Positions 36,646-43,788 of a DNA stretch of 43,788 bases are shown in pieces. The stretch is from Paludibacteraceae bacterium. GTDB lineage: Bacteria; Bacillota; Clostridia; Lachnospirales; Lachnospiraceae. Positions within the stretch are counted from its first letter, which is position 1. Every line of letters begins with the position of its first letter. The position numbers and the translations under genes are program-made. The stretch lies in contig CAVIYT010000149.1 in NCBI GenBank assembly GCA_963646925.1, forward strand, positions 1 to 43,788, read 5' to 3'. The notes below the pieces were generated by a model. It worked only from the letters and a program-made list of their open reading frames with translations, made no database searches and had not been told where the DNA came from.

Positions 36646-38325
36646 ATGAAAAAACGTACAATTAAATCAATATTAGCGTCAGCCGTGATCGCAGGCGTCG
36701 TCTGTTCAGCCGCTGGCTGCTCCGGCGCAAAGCCGTCAGCAGACCAGACAGCCGCGTCCGCGAATGCGGAAAACGGGCAGGCAGCTGCGAATGAGACAAG
36801 TGGAGCAAAAACGGATCTCGCGGAAAAAGATTCCGTGATCATCGTCATGGACCCGTCCTCAGAACCGGCAGCGGGATTCGACCCGGCGTACGGCTGGGGC
36901 GCCGGAGAGCACGTCCATGAGCCGCTGATCCAGAGCACACTGACGGTCACAAAGGCAGATATGACTATCGGTTATGATCTGGCAACAGATATGAATGTCA
37001 GTGATGACGGTATGACTTGGACCGTGACGATCCGGGACGGAGTAAAATTTACGGACGGGGAAGAGCTTACGGCAGAGGACGTGGCGTTCACCTACAACAC
37101 GCTGCGGGATACCAGTTCCGTCAACGATTTTACGATGTTGAAAGAGGCGAAAGCCCTGGACGACACCACCGTGGAATTCGATATGACCCGCCCATATTCC
37201 ATCTGGCCCTACACCATGGCGATCACGGGAATTGTCCCGGAACATGCATACGGACCGGATTACGGCTCAAATCCGATCGGTTCCGGCCGCTATATCATGA
37301 AACAGTGGGATAAAGGGCAGCAGGTCATCTTCACGGCAAACCCGGACTATTACGGAGAGGAGCCAAAGATGAAGACGGTGACGGTCTTATTTATGGACGA
37401 GGACGCGGCCTATGCGGCAGCGCTCTCAGGGCAGGTAGACCTCGCCTACACTTCCGCGGCGTACTCTGACCAGACGGTAGACGGATTTTCCCTTCTCGCC
37501 TGCAAGACCGTGGACAACCGCGGCTTCAACCTGCCGGTGATCCCGGCGGGGGAGACGGACGAGAACGGCGTGCCTCTCGGAAATGACTTCACCAGCGATA
37601 TCAACGTGCGCCGGGCCATTAACCTGGTGATCGACCGTGACGAGATGATCGAGCATGTGTTGAACGGATACGGAACCGCGGCGTACAGTGTCTGTGACCA
37701 GATGCCGTGGTACAATCCGGCGGCGAAGACGGACTATGATCCGGATATGGCGATGGCGATCTTAAAGGAAGCGGGATGGACGGCTGGAAGCGATGGAATC
37801 CTGGAGAAAAACGGCGTCCGCGCCGAGTTCACCATGCTCTACCCGACTGGGGACTCCGTCCGCCAGGCACTTGCGGAGGACACCGCAAACCAGTTAAAAG
37901 AGATCGGAATCAAGGTGACGACAGAGGGCGTCGGCTGGGATACCGCCTATGACCGGGCGCAGTCTACGCCATTAATGTGGGGCTGGGGCGCCCACACACC
38001 GATGGAACTATACAATATTTACCACACGGCGCCGGGAAAGAAATACGCGGAGTATTCCCCTTACGCCAACGAGAAAGTGGACGAATACATGGACGCGGCG
38101 CTGGCGGAGAGTGACCTGGAAAAGTCCTACGAGCTCTGGAAAAACGCCCAGTGGGACGGAACGACGGGAATCACCCAGGATGGCGATCTTCCGTGGATCT
38201 GGCTTGTAAATATTGATCATTTATACTGGGTGAAGGATGGTCTGCAGGTGGCGGAGCAGAAGCTTCACCCACATGGACATGGCTGGTCGATCGTAAATAA
38301 TGTCGACCAGTGGACATGGAATTAA
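36646..38325 (+). CDS. ABC substrate-binding lipoprotein, family 5 (nickel/peptide type)
   Basis: Lipobox SAAG-C; IRDGVKFTDGEELTAEDVAFT, PIGSGRY, NVRRAINLVIDR; His-rich EHVHEP and C-terminal HPHGHG. Confidence 0.9.
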   Translation: MKKRTIKSILASAVIAGVVCSAAGCSGAKPSADQTAASANAENGQAAANETSGAKTDLAEKDSVIIVMDPSSEPAAGFDPAYGWGAGEHVHEPLIQSTLTVTKADMTIGYDLATDMNVSDDGMTWTVTIRDGVKFTDGEELTAEDVAFTYNTLRDTSSVNDFTMLKEAKALDDTTVEFDMTRPYSIWPYTMAITGIVPEHAYGPDYGSNPIGSGRYIMKQWDKGQQVIFTANPDYYGEEPKMKTVTVLFMDEDAAYAAALSGQVDLAYTSAAYSDQTVDGFSLLACKTVDNRGFNLPVIPAGETDENGVPLGNDFTSDINVRRAINLVIDRDEMIEHVLNGYGTAAYSVCDQMPWYNPAAKTDYDPDMAMAILKEAGWTAGSDGILEKNGVRAEFTMLYPTGDSVRQALAEDTANQLKEIGIKVTTEGVGWDTAYDRAQSTPLMWGWGAHTPMELYNIYHTAPGKKYAEYSPYANEKVDEYMDAALAESDLEKSYELWKNAQWDGTTGITQDGDLPWIWLVNIDHLYWVKDGLQVAEQKLHPHGHGWSIVNNVDQWTWN

Positions 38326-39311
38326 GAAAAACGGGTCTGTGGCTTGGCAGACAGGCAGTGCGGATGTGTCTGATGGTGCTCTTCGTGAGCATTCTGGCGT
38401 TTGGGCTCCTGGCGGTCTCGCCCATAGACCCGCTTCAGACAAATGTGGGCCAGACGGCCCTGGGGTCCATGAGCCCGGAACAGATCGCGAAGCTCAGAAG
38501 TTACTGGGGAACGGATCTGCCGCCGGTGGAGCGGTATCTGAACTGGCTGAAGGATTTCCTTCACGGAAATATGGGAACCTCCCTTTTATACCGCCGCCCG
38601 GTGGCGGAGGTCATCGGTGAGAAGGTCATGAATTCCGTCTGGCTGTTGTTTACGGCATGGCTGTTATCCGGCATCCTGGGCTTTTTCCTCGGCATTCTCG
38701 CCGGAAAAAAGCGGGGCGGGATCATGGACCGGATCGTCACGGGATATTCCCTGTTTGTGGCCAGCACTCCGGCGTTCTGGGTGGCAATGGTGTTATTAAT
38801 GGTGTTTGCGGTAAAACTTCACTGGTTCCCCATTGGTTTCAGCGTGCCCATCGGTATGGACGCAGGCGCGATCTCTGTCGCGGACAGGATCCGCCATGCG
38901 GTTCTTCCGGCGGCGGCTCTGAGCATCACGGGAATCTCCTCCATCGCCCTGCACACGAGAGAAAAGCTGATCGAAGTCATGGAAAGTGACTATGTGCTGT
39001 TCGCAAGAGCCAGAGGCGAGTCGGAGTGGTCGATCTTACGCCGCCATGGACTTCGGAACATTCTTCTCCCGGCCATGACGCTGCAGTTCGCGTCGGTGAG
39101 TGAGATCATCGGAGGTTCCGTCCTCGTGGAACAGGTCTTTTCTTATCCGGGTCTGGGACAGGCCGCGGTGACGGCGGGACTTGGAAGCGATGTGCCTCTT
39201 CTTTTGGGGATCACGGTGATCACGGCGGTGATCGTCGCGGCGGGAAATCTTGCGGCAAACGTCTTATACAGCGTGATCGACCCACGGATCAGAGAGGGGG
39301 CGAAGCGCTGA
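38316..39311 (+). CDS. ABC permease (NikB/DppB-like)
   Basis: GNMGTSL, STPAFW, SDYVLFARARG, HGLRN, VEQVFSYPGLG, DPRI. Confidence 0.9.
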   Translation: MELRKTGLWLGRQAVRMCLMVLFVSILAFGLLAVSPIDPLQTNVGQTALGSMSPEQIAKLRSYWGTDLPPVERYLNWLKDFLHGNMGTSLLYRRPVAEVIGEKVMNSVWLLFTAWLLSGILGFFLGILAGKKRGGIMDRIVTGYSLFVASTPAFWVAMVLLMVFAVKLHWFPIGFSVPIGMDAGAISVADRIRHAVLPAAALSITGISSIALHTREKLIEVMESDYVLFARARGESEWSILRRHGLRNILLPAMTLQFASVSEIIGGSVLVEQVFSYPGLGQAAVTAGLGSDVPLLLGITVITAVIVAAGNLAANVLYSVIDPRIREGAKR

Positions 39312-40132
39312 TGAAGAAAAATCGCAGAATGGAAAGCTTGGTGCTGCTGATTCTGGCAGCTTTGGTGCTGGTGGTCATCGCGGTCCTTGGAAGTTGCTGG
39401 CAGGAAGCCGCAATCGAAACTGATTTTACGAGAAAAAACGTGGCGCCGTGTATACAATATCCTTTTGGAACGGACTGGATGGGCCGGGACATGTTCGTGC
39501 GGACCATTGCGGGTCTGTCCTTAAGTATCCGGATCGGACTTCTGACCGCGGCGGTCAGCGCTGCGGTGGCCTTCATTCTGGGACTCTGCGCGGCAGTCTT
39601 TGGAAAATATGTGGACAGTGCGGTGCGGATGCTCATCGATATCGTCATGGGAATTCCCCACATGCTGCTGCTGATCCTGATCTCCTTCGCCTGCGGGCGG
39701 GGATTCTGGGGCGTTGTATGGGGAATCGCGTTTACCCACTGGGCGTCTCTGGCGAGACTGATCCGGGGGGAGGTTTTGCAGTTGAAGCAGAGCCAGTATG
39801 TGAAGATCGCGGAAAAGCTTGGAAAAGGGAAGCTTTATATCGCGTTTTTCCACATGGCACCGAACCTGATCCCGCAGTTTATCACGGGACTGGTTCTCAT
39901 GTTCCCCCATGCGATCTTACATGAAGCCAGCATCACGTTTCTGGGCTTCGGACTTTCCGCGGAGAGCCCGGCGATCGGCGTGATCCTGTCGGAGAGCATG
40001 AAATATCTGGCGATGGGAAAGTGGTGGCTGGCGCTGTTTCCGGGACTTTTCCTTGTGGGAACGGTGCTGTTGTTTCATTATATCGGACAGGAACTCTGCA
40101 GGATCTTAGATCCTGGAAGTGTCCATGAATAG
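39311..40132 (+). CDS. ABC permease (NikC/DppC-like)
   Basis: PFGTDWMGRD, ARLIRGEVL, EASITFLGFG, WWLALFPG. Confidence 0.9.
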   Translation: MKKNRRMESLVLLILAALVLVVIAVLGSCWQEAAIETDFTRKNVAPCIQYPFGTDWMGRDMFVRTIAGLSLSIRIGLLTAAVSAAVAFILGLCAAVFGKYVDSAVRMLIDIVMGIPHMLLLILISFACGRGFWGVVWGIAFTHWASLARLIRGEVLQLKQSQYVKIAEKLGKGKLYIAFFHMAPNLIPQFITGLVLMFPHAILHEASITFLGFGLSAESPAIGVILSESMKYLAMGKWWLALFPGLFLVGTVLLFHYIGQELCRILDPGSVHE

Positions 40133-40144
40133 GAGGCGGGGAAG

Positions 40145-40984
40145 ATGAAGGATACGATTCTGGAAGTAAAAGACCTCTCCGTCACCTTCACCCAGTATGA
40201 CAGGGGATTTTCGAGGCGGACGCTCCATGCGGTGGAGAAGATGGATCTTACGGTGAAGAGCGGCGAGATCGTCGCGGTCGTGGGATCCAGCGGTTCGGGA
40301 AAGAGTCTTTTAGCCCATGCGATCATGGGAATTCTTCCATATAACAGTGGGATGGACGGGGAGATCCGATTCCTTGGAGAGCCGCTGAAAAAGGAGCGGA
40401 TCAAAAAGCTCCGTGGACATGAGATCGTCCTTGTGCCCCAGAGTGTGTCCTATCTGGACCCACTGATGAAGATCGGGGATCAGATCCAGAATGGGAAAAA
40501 AGATGTGTCAGTGAAGGAAAAGTGCCTGGCGGTGCTGAAGCGTTATGGACTTTCACCTGATATCCGGGAAAAATATCCGTTTCAGCTCTCCGGCGGCATG
40601 ACGAGGCGTGTCCTGATCTCCACGGCGGTGATGGAAAAGCCGAAGCTTGTCATCGCGGATGAGCCGACGCCGGGACTTCATTTGGAGGCGGCAACCCGGG
40701 TCATGGGACATTTCCGGGAGATGGCGGACGATGGAGCAGGCGTGCTTCTCATCACCCATGATCTGGAGCTGGCGCTTCTCACGGCGGACCGTGTTGTTGT
40801 GCTCTACGGCGGAAGAGTCATCGAGGAGACGGACGCGGCGGCGTTTCAGGACGAGAGGAATCTCAAGCACCCGTACACGAAGGCGCTGTTCCGGTCCATG
40901 CCGAAGAACTGGGAAAAGGATGGGGAACGCCTCTGCGATACGGGCGGGATTTTGGACACGATGCGAAAGGAATACGGCAGATGA
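40145..40984 (+). CDS. ABC ATP-binding subunit (NikD/DppD-like)
   Basis: GSSGSGKS, YPFQLSGGM, IADEPT, ITHD, HPYT. Confidence 0.92.
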   Translation: MKDTILEVKDLSVTFTQYDRGFSRRTLHAVEKMDLTVKSGEIVAVVGSSGSGKSLLAHAIMGILPYNSGMDGEIRFLGEPLKKERIKKLRGHEIVLVPQSVSYLDPLMKIGDQIQNGKKDVSVKEKCLAVLKRYGLSPDIREKYPFQLSGGMTRRVLISTAVMEKPKLVIADEPTPGLHLEAATRVMGHFREMADDGAGVLLITHDLELALLTADRVVVLYGGRVIEETDAAAFQDERNLKHPYTKALFRSMPKNWEKDGERLCDTGGILDTMRKEYGR

Positions 40985-41598
40985 GGCTGGAAGCGAGAGA
41001 GATTTCTTTTAAATACGGAAAAGGAACGAGACAGATCCTGGACCATGTGAACCTTACGGTGGAACCCGGCGAAAAGGTGGGGATCATGGCGCCCAGCGGG
41101 TATGGAAAGACTACGCTCTGCAAGATCCTTGCCGGATATGAGAGGCCGGAGCAGGGGGAGGTTCTGCTTGATGGTACACCGGTGCTTAAGTATCGCGGCT
41201 ACTGCCCGGTGCAGATGGTCTGGCAGCATCCGGAGCTTTCGGTGAATCCGAAGAGGCGGCTGAGCACAGTGCTGGCGGAAGGTGATTGGACTTTCGAGGA
41301 TCCCAGCGAGCGGGCGCGGATCGAAAATGGACTTGGGATCCGGGACGAGTGGAAGGACCGGTTTCCGGTGGAGGTTTCCGGCGGGGAACTCCAGCGATTC
41401 TGTATTGAGAGGGCGCTTGGGAGGCGGACGAAGATCCTGATCGCGGACGAGATGACGACGATGCTGGATCTCATCACCCAGGGGCAGATCTGGGACTTTG
41501 TCTTGAAGGAGCTGAAGCGCCGGGAGATGGGGATGATCGCGGTGAGCCATTCGCCGGAGCTTTTGGAGAAGGTGTGCGACCGGGTGGTGCGGCTGTGA
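40981..41598 (+). CDS. ABC ATP-binding subunit (NikE/DppF-like)
   Basis: APSGYGKT, VSGGELQR, IADE, VSH; ATGA overlap with the previous gene. Confidence 0.9.
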   Translation: MRLEAREISFKYGKGTRQILDHVNLTVEPGEKVGIMAPSGYGKTTLCKILAGYERPEQGEVLLDGTPVLKYRGYCPVQMVWQHPELSVNPKRRLSTVLAEGDWTFEDPSERARIENGLGIRDEWKDRFPVEVSGGELQRFCIERALGRRTKILIADEMTTMLDLITQGQIWDFVLKELKRREMGMIAVSHSPELLEKVCDRVVRL

Positions 41599-41684
41599 GA
41601 GATGCGGTGTGCGTCGGGTGCCAGACGTGGCGGAAACTTTGCGGGTGAGATCGGCCGGAAGTAGCCCGGCTGCGGACAAATGCA

Positions 41685-41713
41685 TTGACAAGTTTTGATG
41701 GATTCCGTAAAAT
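41685..41713 (+). promoter_or_regulatory. sigmaA promoter of the type IV pilus locus
   Basis: TTGACA-17 bp-TAAAAT. Confidence 0.7.
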
Positions 41714-41738
41714 AGGATCATAAAAATATTGACTTTAT

Positions 41739-41771
41739 GCGGTGCAGTGGATAACTGCGCCGTTTTGTTTT
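41739..41771 (+). terminator. Terminator-like hairpin between the pil promoter and first gene
   Basis: GCGGTGCAGT-GGATA-ACTGCGCCGT then TTTGTTTT. Confidence 0.55.
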
Positions 41772-41785
41772 GTATGGAGGAAAGT

Positions 41786-42256
41786 ATGAAGCTTTGTATG
41801 GATCTGTGTCTTGCGGCAGCATTTATCTGGATCGCGTGGACAGATATCCGGACGATGACGATACCGGATAAAGTGCTGGTTCCGCTGCTGATCCTGGCTG
41901 TTTTGTCTTTGTTTGCGGAGTCGGAAATCTCACTTACTGCCCGGATTATTGGGGTATTTTCCACTGCGCTTCCAATGTATCTTGTCGATCTTTTCGTGGA
42001 CGGCGCATTCGGCGGCGGTGATATCAGACTCCTGGCAGTCATGGGATTTTATCTCGGATGGAAGACATGCCTGGTTGGAACTTTTATGGGGTTCTTCTTT
42101 GGCGGTCTTCAATCTGTGGCGTTGCTGGCCCTCGGCAGGGTAAGATTTGGAGAGCGGGCGAGAATTCCGTTCGCTCCGGCGCTCTGTTTAGGGCTGTATG
42201 CGGCGAAGCTCTGGGGCAGCCAGATCATCGACCTGTTCTTTGGACTGACATGGTAA
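41786..42256 (+). CDS. Prepilin peptidase, A24 family (short form)
   Basis: Catalytic aspartate motifs WTDIRTMTIPD and GGGDIRL, IPFAP; GGAGG before ATG 41786. Confidence 0.88.
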   Translation: MKLCMDLCLAAAFIWIAWTDIRTMTIPDKVLVPLLILAVLSLFAESEISLTARIIGVFSTALPMYLVDLFVDGAFGGGDIRLLAVMGFYLGWKTCLVGTFMGFFFGGLQSVALLALGRVRFGERARIPFAPALCLGLYAAKLWGSQIIDLFFGLTW

Positions 42257-42287
42257 AAATTTGGACCGATAAAGGTGGGGATATGTT

Positions 42288-43331
42288 ATGAAAAAGCTGA
42301 AGAAACTTGGAACCTCGAAATTGTCGGAGTTTTTCAGACAGTTTTCGGTGTTGGTGAGTTCTGGCCTTCCGGTTCCGAAGGCACTTGAGATCATGGAGAC
42401 AGATGAAACGGATAAAAGATTTTCTCTTGCGTGCCGGGAACTGAAGCGGCGGATGACCGACGGAATGTCCATCGGCGATGCAATGGAAGAGACGGGATGT
42501 TTTCCAGAGCTGGCAGTTCAGATGATCCGGTCGGCGGAGATGGGCGGTCATCTCGGGACAACGACCATGCGGCTGTCGACCCATTATGAAAAAGAGCATC
42601 GGACAGAGGGAAAGATCCGAGGTGCCATGCTGTACCCGAAGATCCTGCTCTTAATGATGATATTTCTGATCCTGTTCGTCTTTCTGGCGATCCTTCCGAC
42701 GCTGGAACCGCTTCTGGAGGACGCGAAACTGCCGTTTCTCACGAGAGTATTGATGAACATCAGTCATTTTCTGTATGAATATCGGTATTTTCTTCCGGCG
42801 GCAGCGCTGATCCTCCTTGTATTATGGAATTTGCTGATTACGAGACCGGGAATCCGGCGTGGATATGACCGCATGCTGTGCGTTCTGCCTGTTCTCGGAA
42901 GACAGGTAAAGATCATCTGTACCGCGAGATTCTGTGAAAACATGTCGAGTCTCTACTCCAGCGGACTGCCGATTCCACTCTGTTTAAAGTATACAATGGG
43001 AACCATCGGAAACCGGTACCTGGACGGAAAGATCCGGGTGATCATGGAACATGTGAAAAACGGAAAGTTACTCAGCGAGGCGATCCGGGAGAGCGGAGGC
43101 TTCGATAAGAAGTTAGCGGCAGTGATCGTCACGGGTGAGGAGGCAGGCCGGTTGGATGACATGTTAAAGAGACTGGCGGAAAATTATGAGCATGAGGCGG
43201 ATCTGGCGCTCACGAAGCTGATGAATCTTCTGGAACCGGCGATGATTCTGGTCATCGGTGCGCTTACAGGCCTCCTGATCCTCGGAATCATGGAACCGAT
43301 GTGGAATATGTACGGAAGTATCGGCGGTTGA
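42288..43331 (+). CDS. Type IV pilus/T2SS platform protein (PilC/GspF family)
   Basis: FFRQFSVLVSSGLP, AEMGGHL, AMLYP, GEEAGRLDDML, LLEP. Confidence 0.9.
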   Translation: MKKLKKLGTSKLSEFFRQFSVLVSSGLPVPKALEIMETDETDKRFSLACRELKRRMTDGMSIGDAMEETGCFPELAVQMIRSAEMGGHLGTTTMRLSTHYEKEHRTEGKIRGAMLYPKILLLMMIFLILFVFLAILPTLEPLLEDAKLPFLTRVLMNISHFLYEYRYFLPAAALILLVLWNLLITRPGIRRGYDRMLCVLPVLGRQVKIICTARFCENMSSLYSSGLPIPLCLKYTMGTIGNRYLDGKIRVIMEHVKNGKLLSEAIRESGGFDKKLAAVIVTGEEAGRLDDMLKRLAENYEHEADLALTKLMNLLEPAMILVIGALTGLLILGIMEPMWNMYGSIGG

Positions 43332-43345
43332 GAGGAGGAAACGGG

Positions 43346-43788
43346 TTGAAAAAGAACGGGAATGACGGTTTTGTCATGTCGGAGGTTCTGATGACGGTCA
43401 TGCTTCTCATGGTTGTTGGAACACTGCTCTTTTCCTACGCGTCCAGGAGATACGCCTGGGCGGAGCGGAACGCCGCGAAAACGGAGGCGAGGCTGGCTGC
43501 GGAGTCGGCAGTGCAGGTTCTCGCGGAAAAGATCCTGAGGGAAGAGACGTCGGATATCGTCGAGAAACTTGTTGCGGAGCGCGGGCTTCCGAGGACAGAT
43601 GGTGTGATCTGGGCGGATAACGGGGATGCTGAGTCTGAAAAGATCGAGACAACTGTGACATCGTTCTGGAATACGGACGGTTCTAGCCTGATTCTGCAGG
43701 CAGAGTGTGCGGTGAGCGGTCAGAAGGAAAGCGCGTCGATCGTTCTGAAGAGAGAGCGGCTGTCCGTGTATACACCATCCAATGCGGA
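43346..43788 (+). CDS. Type IV minor pilin-like protein (partial, runs off the window)
   Basis: Not in the ORF track; GAGGAGG then TTG 43346; translates MKKNGNDG|FVMSEVLMTVMLLMVVGTLLF (class III signal, Glu+5), then EARLAAESAV; open to the window end. Confidence 0.8.
   Translation, partial: MKKNGNDGFVMSEVLMTVMLLMVVGTLLFSYASRRYAWAERNAAKTEARLAAESAVQVLAEKILREETSDIVEKLVAERGLPRTDGVIWADNGDAESEKIETTVTSFWNTDGSSLILQAECAVSGQKESASIVLKRERLSVYTPSNA

Noticed and set aside
36467..36649. 60-aa ORF ending in an ATGA overlap with the binding-protein start
   Set aside because: No Shine-Dalgarno, and it runs through the terminator and T-tract; better explained as structured leader RNA
41599..41785. c-di-GMP riboswitch upstream of the pilus genes
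   Set aside because: I could not identify class I or II consensus elements, and the promoter-to-RBS distance is too short
40846..42042. 398-aa minus-strand ORF
   Set aside because: Antisense to two ABC ATPases and the prepilin peptidase; no recognisable domain
1..43788. CRISPR arrays, tRNA/rRNA genes, IS elements, integrases, toxin-antitoxin or defence genes
   Set aside because: No regularly spaced repeats, cloverleaf-like sequence or matching protein motifs were seen; all long ORFs are otherwise explained

Overview
A 43.8-kb chromosomal window from an anaerobic, probably spore-forming Clostridia member (Lachnospiraceae-like, inferred from gene content and order). Almost all genes are on the + strand. 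In order: an acidic lipoprotein of unknown function; a conserved housekeeping block (Orn/Lys/Arg decarboxylase, a guanylate-kinase-like protein in the slot where Bacillus has tmk, holB, yaaT/ricT, a YabB-type tRNA methyltransferase, rsmI); a 2-aminoethylphosphonate utilisation cluster (RpiR regulator, ABC transporter, phnW, phnX); a minus-strand amidohydrolase plus ECF S-component pair; a complete histidine operon starting with a HisZ-HisG fusion; a complete FASII/ACC cluster (fabH-acpP-fabK-fabD-fabG-fabF-accB-fabZ-accC-accDA) ending in a second FabK-like flavoprotein with a 4-Cys motif; spmA with a sigmaE-type promoter; a five-gene nickel/peptide-type ABC importer with a long structured leader; and the start of a type IV pilus locus. 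I found no CRISPR array, rRNA, tRNA or transposase. The best candidate for something undescribed is the ~240-nt leader of the metal/peptide ABC operon (36362-36645), which has a chain of mutually exclusive helices, a terminator and an 18-codon leader ORF. Other leads are the internal ribosome-binding site in the HisZ-HisG fusion, the FabX-like enzyme, the possible Tmk replacement, and a de novo RpiR operator alongside Pho-box-like repeats. All calls come from reading motifs by eye; no database search or folding program was run.
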